NCBI GenBank assembly: GCA_038078555.1
Contig: JBBTYQ010000001.1
Location: forward strand, 60,966 to 124,965
Source of the DNA: Patescibacteria group bacterium
GTDB taxonomy: Bacteria > Patescibacteriota > Minisyncoccia > UBA6257 > UBA9933
DNA length: 64,000 bases
Direction: 5' to 3'
Shown: positions 44,493-53,543 of the stretch, piece by piece
Numbering within the stretch: the stretch's first letter is position 1
How the letters are laid out: each line of letters begins with the position of its first letter
The notes under the pieces: generated by a model
What the model saw: the letters and a program-made list of their open reading frames with translations, nothing else
Told to the model about the DNA's origin: nothing
The model's database searches: none
Made by a program: the position numbers and the translations under genes

Positions 44493-45281
44493 ATGAAAGA
44501 GATGCTGATAAATCTGTTAGTAGGCGGATCAGGTATTTTAGTTGTGATAGGCATGTATTTTTTTGTCGCCACTCACGGCTCTTTATGGGTTCAAAGATGC
44601 TGGCATTGTAAATATAAAGACATTTATTGGCTTTATAAAAATCCATACTTGATTTGGTTTACCGATCGGCAGCCACTCATCTCCACGATTCTTTTGGGCA
44701 AGTACTTTAAAATGACGAGCGATATAATAAAAGCGATAAATCAGCAAAGCGTTGCCAATAAAAGAATTTTGCAGATAGGCTGTGCTTTCGGCCAGTTTTC
44801 TCAAAAAATAGCGGAGAATTGTCGGGCAGAGTCAGTTTCAGTTGTTGATTTAATTAAATCCGAAATAATCAATAGCCGAAGCAAGATTGGGATGATCAGC
44901 GCAAAATCGGATTTTAATTTTATTGTGGCTAGCGGCGCGCCGCTTCCATATAAAGATGAAACATTTAATTGCGTGATTCTTTTCTTTCTTTTTCACGAGC
45001 TGCCAATAGAAGAAAAAGCTAAGGTTCTTAAAGAAGCGTCTCGGGTTTTAAAAGTTGGTGGCGAAATTGTTTTTGCTGAATTTCACCGGCCTTTTTCCAG
45101 ATTACTAAGGGTTTCCGGGCGCTGTTTTTTCTGGGTTTTTGAGCCTTATGCCAAAGAAATGTGGAATAAGTTTGAACCTATAAAAGTTTTGAACCAGGAA
45201 ACGCCTAATAAATGGCGAGACAAAAGGATAACTTACCTGATGGGAAATTATCAGGTATTAAGAATAAAAAAAATAAATTAA
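44493..45281 (+). CDS. Class I SAM-dependent methyltransferase with N-terminal TM anchor
   Basis: 262 aa. Motif I ILQIGCAFGQFS. Post-I acidic residue and motif II/III pattern are present. Confidence 0.6.
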   Translation: MKEMLINLLVGGSGILVVIGMYFFVATHGSLWVQRCWHCKYKDIYWLYKNPYLIWFTDRQPLISTILLGKYFKMTSDIIKAINQQSVANKRILQIGCAFGQFSQKIAENCRAESVSVVDLIKSEIINSRSKIGMISAKSDFNFIVASGAPLPYKDETFNCVILFFLFHELPIEEKAKVLKEASRVLKVGGEIVFAEFHRPFSRLLRVSGRCFFWVFEPYAKEMWNKFEPIKVLNQETPNKWRDKRITYLMGNYQVLRIKKIN

Positions 45282-45291
45282 TTATGTTTTA

Positions 45292-45318
45292 TAGGCTCCG
45301 CTTGCGGAGCCTATTTTA
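45292..45318 (+). terminator. Hairpin terminator
   Basis: ataggctccgcttgcggagcctatttt. Confidence 0.5.
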
Positions 45319-45357
45319 TTTGACAATTTTTTATTATTATGCTAAGTTAAGGAACAA

Positions 45358-46383
45358 ATGACTAATCTAAAAAATATAATTAATAATTTTGTATCAGTTT
45401 TTTCGCCCCGGCAAAAAGACATTATTGAAAAAAGATTTGGCTTGGCTGGAGAAGTGCAGACTTTGGCGGCCGTTGGAAAAAAATATAACCTAACTCGAGA
45501 AAGAGTAAGGCAGATTGAAGCTATGGCGCTAAAATCAATCGGCGAGAAGCTCAAAAACAGCGCGGCAGAAGAATTTATGAATGCCGCCCTGGCTTATCTT
45601 GAAAAAACTGGCGGAGTAAGAAAAGAAGAGGACTTTTTAAGCGACCTTAAAAATTTGTTCGGCGATCAAACCATTAGCCGCTCGCAGTTGAAATTCATTT
45701 GTGAAATCAACGGCCGGCCGTATTATCATCCAGGCGATAAAGATTTTTATGATTTTTGGTATTCAAGTAAAGAAGTTTTTGAGAATGTCCGCGCTATAAT
45801 AAATAAATTAGAAAAATTCTTGTCAGACAAGAAAGATAAAATAATTTTAGAAAAAAAGTTTAACGAGTTTTTTAGCCAATTTATCAAATCAAATAATTTG
45901 GAAAAATCAACTGTTCAAAATTACCTGCTTATTTCCAAAAAATTTGCCATTAATCCTTACGGTGATTTCGGGCTTTCCTCTTGGGATGAAATAAGCCCCA
46001 AAACAATCAGGGCCAAAATTTTGCTGATTTTAAAAAAGCAAGGCAAGCCTTTGCATTTCCGCGAAATTACCAAGCAGATAAATGATATTAAATTAAATAA
46101 GCGGGCGGCTTTGCCGCAGACGGTTCACAATGAATTAATTCGTGACCCGAATTTTGTTTTAGTCGGCCGCGGCATGTATGGCCTTTCGGAATTCGGGCTT
46201 ATGCCGGGCACAGCCAAAGAAGTTATTGCAAGAATTTTAAAAAGCAAAGGCCCGATGGCGGCTAATCGCATTGTTGATTTGGTGCTTCAGGAAAGATTTC
46301 TTAAGCAAAATACTATTTTATTGAATCTTCAAAATAAAAAGCATTTTAAAAAAATGCCCGACGGAAAATATCAGCTTGCTTAA
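45358..46383 (+). CDS. Protein with an N-terminal sigma-70 region-4-like HTH and an uncharacterised C-terminal domain
   Basis: 341 aa. KDIIEKRFGLAGEVQTLAAVGKKYNLTRERVRQIEAMALKSIG closely matches sigma-70 region 4.2. The remaining roughly 270 aa are not recognised. Confidence 0.5.
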   Translation: MTNLKNIINNFVSVFSPRQKDIIEKRFGLAGEVQTLAAVGKKYNLTRERVRQIEAMALKSIGEKLKNSAAEEFMNAALAYLEKTGGVRKEEDFLSDLKNLFGDQTISRSQLKFICEINGRPYYHPGDKDFYDFWYSSKEVFENVRAIINKLEKFLSDKKDKIILEKKFNEFFSQFIKSNNLEKSTVQNYLLISKKFAINPYGDFGLSSWDEISPKTIRAKILLILKKQGKPLHFREITKQINDIKLNKRAALPQTVHNELIRDPNFVLVGRGMYGLSEFGLMPGTAKEVIARILKSKGPMAANRIVDLVLQERFLKQNTILLNLQNKKHFKKMPDGKYQLA

Positions 46384-46468
46384 TTTTAAGCCGTCGATCA
46401 TTGACATTAGTCATTTTCAATTAAGTTTTGTAAAATATTAAGAATTAAAGATTGGCCGCGTTCAATTT

Positions 46469-47770
46469 ATGGTTGAAATTTATAAAGGCATTCTTCAGAG
46501 TATTTTTCAGGCGTTTTCTTACAGCTGGTGGATTGTTTTGCCGATTTTTTTGTTTTCGATTTTTTGGAAAGTTTGGATAATTTATATTCGGACAAGGACT
46601 ATCAGCAAAATCAAATGGAAGCTTTTTGAAATTAAAGTTACCACGGAAGTTTTGAAAACTCCTAAATCAATGGAGCAAGTGATTGCCGGTCTTTATGCTT
46701 CTTATTCTTACGGCCTTAATTGGCTAAAGAAATACGTTGATGGTGAAGTTGAAAAACGGTTTTCTTTGGAAATGGTCGGCACTTCCAGCGGCGTTTATTT
46801 TTATATTTATGCTCCGGCTGACAGCCAGAATTTGGTGGAATCGGCTGTTTACGGTCAGTATCCTGAAGCGGAAATAAATGAAGTTGAAGATTATGCCGAT
46901 TTTGTTTCTTCGGTTTTGCCCAATGAAGTTTATGATGTTTTTGGCATGGAACTGGGACTGGCTAGAGATAGTTTTTATCCGATTAAAAGATATTATTATT
47001 TTGAGGCAATGGTTGAAGAACAGCGCATTGACCCTATAGCTGCCATTTCCGAAGTAATGTCAAAATTAAAAGAAGACGAAAAAATCTGGATTCAGATTTT
47101 AATCAGTCCGACCGGATCAGCTACCGGCAACGACTGGAAAAAAGAAGGTGAGAAAAAAATAGACGAAATTATCGGCCGGAAAAAAGACAAGAAATCCGGA
47201 GGATTTTTTAGCGACATCAATGTTTTTATCAATAATTTTTTATGGGCGCCGGTGGAGCCTCCGATTTGGCCGGGCGAAAAAAAACCCGATGCGCCGACTA
47301 ATAGAACTCTTTCTCCGGATGAACAGGACTTAGTTAAAGAAATTTACAATAAAATTTCTTATTTGGGTTTTGAGTTTTTAATCCGGTTCGTTTATATTGA
47401 CCGGCAAGATAGTTTTTCGCCCGCCAATGTTTCGGCGATAATGGGCGCTTTGCATCAGTTTAACACCCAAAATCTTAATGCTTTTAAGCCCAATACCATG
47501 ACTATAACTAATTACGATTCTTTATTAGCCAGAATTTTTCCCTCGTATAAAAAAATGATAGTGCTTTACAAAAAAAGAAGATTATTCAATTATTATAAAC
47601 AAAGAAGATTCGGGCAATTTAATAAAATCAGAGAAGAGAAGTTTTCCGTATTAAATACGGAAGAATTGGCAACTATTTTTCACTTCCCGACCGTTATTGT
47701 GAAAGCGCCTTCGCTTAAGAGGGTTGAAGCCAAAAAAGGAAGTCCGCCTTCTGGGTTGCCCACAGAATAA
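46469..47770 (+). CDS. Hypothetical membrane-anchored protein (N-terminal TM, large soluble domain)
   Basis: 433 aa with no recognisable motifs. Located immediately upstream of the VirD4-like ATPase. Confidence 0.45.
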   Translation: MVEIYKGILQSIFQAFSYSWWIVLPIFLFSIFWKVWIIYIRTRTISKIKWKLFEIKVTTEVLKTPKSMEQVIAGLYASYSYGLNWLKKYVDGEVEKRFSLEMVGTSSGVYFYIYAPADSQNLVESAVYGQYPEAEINEVEDYADFVSSVLPNEVYDVFGMELGLARDSFYPIKRYYYFEAMVEEQRIDPIAAISEVMSKLKEDEKIWIQILISPTGSATGNDWKKEGEKKIDEIIGRKKDKKSGGFFSDINVFINNFLWAPVEPPIWPGEKKPDAPTNRTLSPDEQDLVKEIYNKISYLGFEFLIRFVYIDRQDSFSPANVSAIMGALHQFNTQNLNAFKPNTMTITNYDSLLARIFPSYKKMIVLYKKRRLFNYYKQRRFGQFNKIREEKFSVLNTEELATIFHFPTVIVKAPSLKRVEAKKGSPPSGLPTE

Positions 47771-47797
47771 TTTAATGAATAATTAATCAATCTTCAG

Positions 47798-49264
47798 ATG
47801 GATAATAACAGCGAAACAACTTTATTCGGAAAAACTACTTTTAGAAATCAAATGGTTCGTTTTGGCATCAAAACCGACGATCGTCGCCGGCATGTTTATA
47901 TTGTTGGTAAAACCGGTGTCGGCAAAACAACGCTTTTGGAGAGTTTGACTATAGCTGACATTAGAGCTGGCCGCGGTTTGGCTGTGGTTGACCCTCACGG
48001 CGAGTATGCTGAACGAATGTTGGAATTTATTCCGGAAAATAGAATTGACGATGTTATTTATTTTAACCCGGCTGACCTTAGTAATCCGATTGCTTTTAAT
48101 CCCCTGGAGTCAATTGACCCGGAATATCGCCATTTAGTTGCCTCAGGCATTATGGGCGTGTTTAAAAAAATTTGGCCCGATGTTTGGTCAGCCAGAATGG
48201 AATATATATTAAACAACGCTCTTGTGTCGCTTTTGGAATATCCCGGCGCAACTTTGCTTGGCATCATGAGAATGCTTTCGGAAAAAGATTATCGAGCTAA
48301 GGTGGTGGAAAATTTGAAAGACCCGGTTGTAAAAGCTTTCTGGGTTAATGAGTTCGCCCGTTATACTCAAAGACTTGAAACCGAAGCAGTAGCGGCTATT
48401 CAAAACAAAGTCGGCCAATTCGTGACTAATCCTATGGTGAGAAATATTATAGGCCAGCCTCATTCCACTATCGATATGAGAAAAATAATGGATGAAGGAA
48501 AAATTTTAATTGTTAATCTTTCTAAGGGAAGAATCGGCGAAGATAATTCAGCTCTTTTGGGAGCAATGATGATTACCAAGCTTCAGTTGGCGGCTATGTC
48601 GAGAGTTGACACGCCGATGGAAAAGCGCCGTGATTTTTATCTTTACGTTGACGAATTTCAGAATTTTGCCACCGAATCTTTCGCTGATATTTTATCGGAA
48701 GCGAGGAAATACCGCCTTAATTTAATCTTGGCCCATCAATATATTGAACAGCTTTCCGAAGAAGTTCAGGCTGCTGTTTTCGGCAATGTCGGCACCTTGG
48801 TTTGTTTTAGAGTCGGCGCCACAGATGCTGAATTCCTGGAAAAAGAATTAATGCCGGAATTTAATGCTCAAGACTTAGTCAATTTGTCAAAATATAATAT
48901 TTATTTGAAGCTGATGATTGACGGCATGGCTTCCAAGGCTTTTTCCGCTCAGACTCTTGACCCGTTTGAGCCGGCCATAGAATCTTTTAAAGACGTTATT
49001 ATTCAAAACAGCCAAAACAAATACGGCGTCCCCCGTTCTATTATTGAAGAAAAAATCGCTGAAGAGTGGAAATCTGAAGCGAAAATTTTTGAAGATAAAA
49101 CTTTGCGCCGCAGCGAACAGCCTCTTTCCAAAATTCTTACTCCTCAAGGCGTACCTTTTAAAAAAGAAGCTGCACCTTCAAGAGAAAGAGAAAAAAAAGA
49201 AGTTGATGTTGATGAATTAAGGAGAGCGATAGAGGAATCGTTAAGAAAAAGAGAAGATAAATAA
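47798..49264 (+). CDS. Soluble P-loop ATPase of the VirD4/TraD/TrwB (FtsK-HerA superfamily) coupling-protein type
   Basis: 488 aa. Walker A GKTGVGKTTLLE followed by VVDPHGEY. Walker B FYLYVDEFQNF. ARKYRLNLILAHQYIEQL matches the RK(F/Y)G...Q...QL signature of TraD/TrwB/VirD4. No TM segments. Confidence 0.5.
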   Translation: MDNNSETTLFGKTTFRNQMVRFGIKTDDRRRHVYIVGKTGVGKTTLLESLTIADIRAGRGLAVVDPHGEYAERMLEFIPENRIDDVIYFNPADLSNPIAFNPLESIDPEYRHLVASGIMGVFKKIWPDVWSARMEYILNNALVSLLEYPGATLLGIMRMLSEKDYRAKVVENLKDPVVKAFWVNEFARYTQRLETEAVAAIQNKVGQFVTNPMVRNIIGQPHSTIDMRKIMDEGKILIVNLSKGRIGEDNSALLGAMMITKLQLAAMSRVDTPMEKRRDFYLYVDEFQNFATESFADILSEARKYRLNLILAHQYIEQLSEEVQAAVFGNVGTLVCFRVGATDAEFLEKELMPEFNAQDLVNLSKYNIYLKLMIDGMASKAFSAQTLDPFEPAIESFKDVIIQNSQNKYGVPRSIIEEKIAEEWKSEAKIFEDKTLRRSEQPLSKILTPQGVPFKKEAAPSREREKKEVDVDELRRAIEESLRKREDK

Positions 49265-49426
49265 TCTCGAATTTTTGAGGGCAAACTTGACACATAGCAA
49301 CGACATTGATTTAATTGACGAATGCGAAAATAAAGTAAAAAATTTTCAGCGAATTTAAAAAGAATTTCAAATCGAAATTCGATAAACTAAAAAGCTAACG
49401 AGCTGGCAAGCTAATTGGCTAAAATC

Positions 49427-49501
49427 GCTCCTATCGTCTAGTCTGGTCTAGGACATCGGCTTTTCAAGCCGGTAACCCGGGTTCGAATCCCGGTGGGAGC
49501 A
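49427..49501 (+). tRNA. tRNA-Glu (anticodon TTC)
   Basis: Acceptor gctccta/tgggagc with one G-U pair, D arm gtctagtctggtctaggac, anticodon stem cggc/gccg with loop ttTTCaa, T arm ccggg-ttcgaat-cccgg. No encoded CCA. Confidence 0.75.
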
Positions 49502-49528
49502 CAGAATAAATAAACACAGAATAAATAA

Positions 49529-49557
49529 AAAAGCGCAAACTTAGTTTGCGCTTTTTT
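49529..49557. terminator. Bidirectional terminator
   Basis: aaaaagcgcaaacttagtttgcgctttttt. Confidence 0.55.
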
Positions 49558-49918
49558 GACACTGCCTGATTCGCTCGCCGTTTATAATAACATTTACTGT
49601 AATATCAGAGGAAAGAATCTCTATTTTTTGAAGAAAGATAATGCAATCTTTATCATTGCCGGTGTTATTGGCATTAGATCGATAAATGCCAATAATCAAT
49701 ATTTTCCCGCTGATATTATTTCTTTCCATTACTACCGCGTCTCCCGGATATAAAACAAATAGTCTATCTTCGTAGTCGCCATTCCCTATCACTTCTTTCC
49801 AGATGGTGATTTGTCCGATATATCGGTCCACCGGTAAAGCAAACGCTTTTTCGCTTAGGATAATCATTGCGCACATCATTACTGCCAGCATCATGACCAG
49901 TTTTTTCATATCAGCCAT
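49541..49918 (-). CDS. Small secreted protein of unknown function
   Basis: 125 aa. Signal peptide MADMKKLVMMLAVMMCAMIILSEKAFA. Confidence 0.45.
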   Translation of the reverse strand: MADMKKLVMMLAVMMCAMIILSEKAFALPVDRYIGQITIWKEVIGNGDYEDRLFVLYPGDAVVMERNNISGKILIIGIYRSNANNTGNDKDCIIFLQKIEILSSDITVNVIINGERIRQCQKSAN

Positions 49919-50051
49919 CCTTATTTAAATTGTCAAATAAGCTGTTTATTCTTTTATATATTATACATTATTTTTTATAATTATGCAAGTTGCGTATTTT
50001 TTTGTAGCAATGCTTCTTCTTTTTGTTTGCCGACCATTAATTTTATTAAGA

Positions 50052-50088
50052 AACGGCTCATCTAAAAAAAACGGATGAGCCGTTTTTT
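50052..50088 (+). terminator. Hairpin terminator following a 27-codon hydrophobic mini-ORF upstream of tsaD
   Basis: aacggctcatc-taaaaaaaac-ggatgagccgtttttt, a 10-bp perfect stem. Confidence 0.5.
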
Positions 50089-50176
50089 ATTCAGCAGCTA
50101 TGCTGGTTTTTAGAGAATCGGCTCATCGCTATTTTGCCATTTTCATTAAATTTTTTGTTTGCTATGATGAATTTAT

Positions 50177-51289
50177 ATGAAAATTTTAGCTGTTGAAACT
50201 TCTTGCGATGAAACAGCCATTGCCCTGCTTGAAGTAAGTAGGGGGCTTAAAAACCCAAAATTTAAAATTATCGAGAATCTAGTCGCTTCGCAAATTAAAA
50301 TCCATCAACCTTATGGCGGCGTGGTGCCTAATTTGGCAAAAAGAGAGCATTTAAGAAATCTGCCACTGCTATGGCAGAAAATTATGAATAGTGAAATAGG
50401 AATTAAGGGGAAGATCAAAAATAAAAAAACAATAACTCATAATTCCAAATCCATAATTCCTGATATTATCGCCGTTACTGTTGGTCCGGGTTTGGAGCCG
50501 GCTTTATGGACCGGCATTAATTTTGCCAAAGATCTGGCTAAAAAACTAAAAAAACCGATTATCGGCGTAAGTCATTTGGAAGGGCATTTATACAGCTTTT
50601 TGCTTCAGCAAAAAGATACAAAAAAAAATACAAAAAAAAATAAAAGCGGAAAACAAAAAATAAAGGTCAAAAAAATATTTCCGGCCATTGCTTTAATTGT
50701 GAGCGGCGGACACACGATTTTATTATTGATGAAGGATGAATCTCATTATAAGAAGCTGGGAGAGACTAGAGATGACGCGATTGGCGAAGCGTTTGATAAA
50801 GTTGCAAGATTGTTAAAGCTGAGCTATCCGGGTGGTCCGGAAATAGAGAGACTTGCTAAATTAGGCGACTCGAAAGCGATTGATTTTCCCCGGCCGATGA
50901 TAAATCAAAAAAATTACGATTTCAGCTTTTCCGGACTTAAAACCGCTGTTTTGTATTATTTAAGAGACCAAAAAAATACGAAGCTCAATGACGTGGCAGC
51001 GAGTTTTCAGGCATCAGCTTTTGATGTTGTAATCGCCAAAGCTATTCGTGCGGCAAAAGAATTTAAAGCAGAATCAATTATGGTCTCCGGCGGCGTGGCC
51101 GCAAATCAGGAATTAAAAAAAGAATTCAAACTGGCAATAAAAGATAAATTTTCAAAAAAAGAAGCGCCTGAATTAATAATAACAAAATTTCCCACTGACA
51201 ATGCCGCTATGATTGCCGCGGCCGCGTATTTTAATCATTTAAACAAAAAAAAGCGCCGTTTGGTTGCTCAGGGCAGTCTTTCTTTATAA
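50177..51289 (+). CDS. tsaD: tRNA N6-adenosine threonylcarbamoyltransferase TsaD (Kae1/Gcp family), with a Lys-rich insertion
   Basis: 370 aa. N-terminus MKILAVETSCDETAIALLEV, GGGVAAN-like motif SGGVAANQELKK, insertion KKNTKKNKSGKQKIKVKK. Confidence 0.85.
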   Translation: MKILAVETSCDETAIALLEVSRGLKNPKFKIIENLVASQIKIHQPYGGVVPNLAKREHLRNLPLLWQKIMNSEIGIKGKIKNKKTITHNSKSIIPDIIAVTVGPGLEPALWTGINFAKDLAKKLKKPIIGVSHLEGHLYSFLLQQKDTKKNTKKNKSGKQKIKVKKIFPAIALIVSGGHTILLLMKDESHYKKLGETRDDAIGEAFDKVARLLKLSYPGGPEIERLAKLGDSKAIDFPRPMINQKNYDFSFSGLKTAVLYYLRDQKNTKLNDVAASFQASAFDVVIAKAIRAAKEFKAESIMVSGGVAANQELKKEFKLAIKDKFSKKEAPELIITKFPTDNAAMIAAAAYFNHLNKKKRRLVAQGSLSL

Positions 51290-51365
51290 GATTAGTTAAT
51301 TGAATATCAATTTCTAATAATATTTTAATCTGATTAAAAGCAGTTCAACGTTAAAAGTTTGAAAT

Positions 51366-52442
51366 ATGATTTCCTTTATCAAGCAATTAAATTGGAAGCT
51401 TATCTTGCCTGTTTTATTTTTGGCTCTAATGGGATTTTTGAGTTTTTTAAGCACCAAGCCGGATTTATTTTATAAGCAATTTTTTTGGTATCTTGCGGGA
51501 TTTGTCGCAATTTTTTTTATTATTCGGTTTGATTGGCGGCCGTATATCAATTATCGCGGCGCTATTTTTGGAATTTATTTTTTCAGTATTTTTCTTTTGG
51601 TTTTGACTTATTTTGTTGCGCCGTCCATAAGAGGCGTCAGAAGCTGGCTGCCTTTGGGTCCGATTCAGTTTCAGAGTTCTGAATTGCTGAAACTAGCTTT
51701 GATTATTTTGTATGCTTATTTTTTTAGCCGCAAGCATTTGGCTATTGCCCGGGTTTCTAATTTAATCGCTTCTTTTATTTATTTTTTTCTGCCGGTAGTT
51801 TTAATCGCGCTTCAGCCCGATTTAGGTTCGGCTTTAGTGGTTTTCTTTTTATGGTTCGGCTTTCTTCTGGTTTCCGGTATTCGCTGGCGGCATCTTGTGG
51901 GAGCTTTCCTTATTTTTATTGTTTTAGGCGCTTTTCTTTGGACTAGTGTTTTACGGGATTATCAAAAAGAAAGGATCCTGGGAGTTTTTTTTCCGGAACG
52001 GGATCCTCTAGGAATCAGTTATAATGTAATCCAGTCAAAAATTACTATTGGTTCGGCTGGATTTTTCGGCAAAGGGTTTAATCAAGGCACTCAATTGCAA
52101 TTAGGATTTTTACCCGAGGCTCAGACGGACTTTGTTTTTGCCGCTATTATCGAGGAATGGGGGTTGATTGCCGGATTTTTAATAATTACTGCTTTTACGC
52201 TGATGGTTTTTGAAATAACAAAGATCGGACTTTATTCAGAAAATAATTTCAATCGTTTTATTTGTTTGGGTTCGGTTATGCTTTTTTCCAGTCAGTTTAT
52301 TTTAAATGTCGGTTCCAATCTTGGGCTTACGCCGGTAATCGGCGTCACTTTTCCTTTTTTAAGTTATGGCGGTTCGAGTTTGTTGATTAACCTTGCTTTA
52401 ATAGGTATTATTCAGTCAATTGATTTGAGGCGCTCGGCTTAA
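51366..52442 (+). CDS. SEDS-family peptidoglycan polymerase (FtsW/RodA)
   Basis: 358 aa with about 10 TM helices. Conserved GISYNVIQSKITIGSAGFFGKG and PEAQTDFVFAAI motifs. Confidence 0.8.
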   Translation: MISFIKQLNWKLILPVLFLALMGFLSFLSTKPDLFYKQFFWYLAGFVAIFFIIRFDWRPYINYRGAIFGIYFFSIFLLVLTYFVAPSIRGVRSWLPLGPIQFQSSELLKLALIILYAYFFSRKHLAIARVSNLIASFIYFFLPVVLIALQPDLGSALVVFFLWFGFLLVSGIRWRHLVGAFLIFIVLGAFLWTSVLRDYQKERILGVFFPERDPLGISYNVIQSKITIGSAGFFGKGFNQGTQLQLGFLPEAQTDFVFAAIIEEWGLIAGFLIITAFTLMVFEITKIGLYSENNFNRFICLGSVMLFSSQFILNVGSNLGLTPVIGVTFPFLSYGGSSLLINLALIGIIQSIDLRRSA

Positions 52443-52468
52443 TATTCTCGTCAAATTTAATTTTAGTA

Positions 52469-53479
52469 ATGAATAAAAAAAATAATTTTTTTATTATTCC
52501 GGCTATTGTTCTCGCGATTTTTTTATTTATTTTTATAGAAATTCAAGCGCCTGATTTTAATAGCCAGGAGGTGCCGGTAATTATAGATATTTCTTCCGGC
52601 CAGGGACTTTCTGAAATTGCCGGAATGGTTCACGATAAAAACCTTGCTAAGTCTGAAATTTTTTTTAAAGTATATGCGATTTTAAGGGGTCGGGCTCATC
52701 GCTTTCAAGCCGGCCGTTATATTTTTAGCGAGCCGGTTTCTGTTTCCGGGCTCGTCGAAATATTTTCTCAAGGACCAAAAGAAATTTCAGTTACTATCGT
52801 TCCCGGCATGACTATCGGGGAAATCGACCATCAATTGGCCTTGGCGGGTGTGATTAAAAAAAATGAGCTGATAAATTTTAAAGAAGAGTCGCCAAAATTA
52901 GCAAAATTAGAAAGATTAGAAAAAATATCAGGATCAAATATTAAAAATCTTGAAGGATTTCTTTTGCCGGATACTTATAGATTTTACCAAAATTCAAAGG
53001 TTGATTTTGTCGTGGATAAGGTTTTAAGCAACTTTGAAGATAAGGCCTTGACTTTTTTAAGAGGTAATGATAATATTTATCAAATTTTGATTCTCGCCTC
53101 TTTGTTGGAAAAAGAAGTGCCTGATTATGGCGAGCGTCAAATAGCCGCGGCAATTTTTAAGCGAAGGCTGAAAGTTGGAATGGCTTTGCAAGTTGATGCT
53201 ACGATTATTTACGCTAAATGCCAAGAGGCTTATTTAATAAATTGTCCGGAGCTGAAAAAAGAAGACTATAAAATCGATTCGCCTTATAATACCTATCTTT
53301 ATCCCGGCTTGCCCCCTGCGCCAATAAGTAACCCATCTCTGGAGTCAATTCAAGCAGTTATTAATTCAAAAGATTTAGGATATTGGTATTATCTCTCTGA
53401 TCCCAAAACTAAAAAAACAATTTTTTCCAAGACCCTAGATGAGCACAACCAAAACCGCGCCATATATCTATTAAATTGA
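52469..53479 (+). CDS. mltG: Endolytic murein transglycosylase MltG (YceG-like)
   Basis: 336 aa. N-terminal TM. YceG-like domain with LLPDTYRF and LASLLEKE motifs. Confidence 0.8.
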   Translation: MNKKNNFFIIPAIVLAIFLFIFIEIQAPDFNSQEVPVIIDISSGQGLSEIAGMVHDKNLAKSEIFFKVYAILRGRAHRFQAGRYIFSEPVSVSGLVEIFSQGPKEISVTIVPGMTIGEIDHQLALAGVIKKNELINFKEESPKLAKLERLEKISGSNIKNLEGFLLPDTYRFYQNSKVDFVVDKVLSNFEDKALTFLRGNDNIYQILILASLLEKEVPDYGERQIAAAIFKRRLKVGMALQVDATIIYAKCQEAYLINCPELKKEDYKIDSPYNTYLYPGLPPAPISNPSLESIQAVINSKDLGYWYYLSDPKTKKTIFSKTLDEHNQNRAIYLLN

Positions 53480-53543
53480 TTTTACCCTTGGGGAGGGGCG
53501 TTTTTTGTTTTAAAAATAACAATAAAAAAATTTTAATAATATT

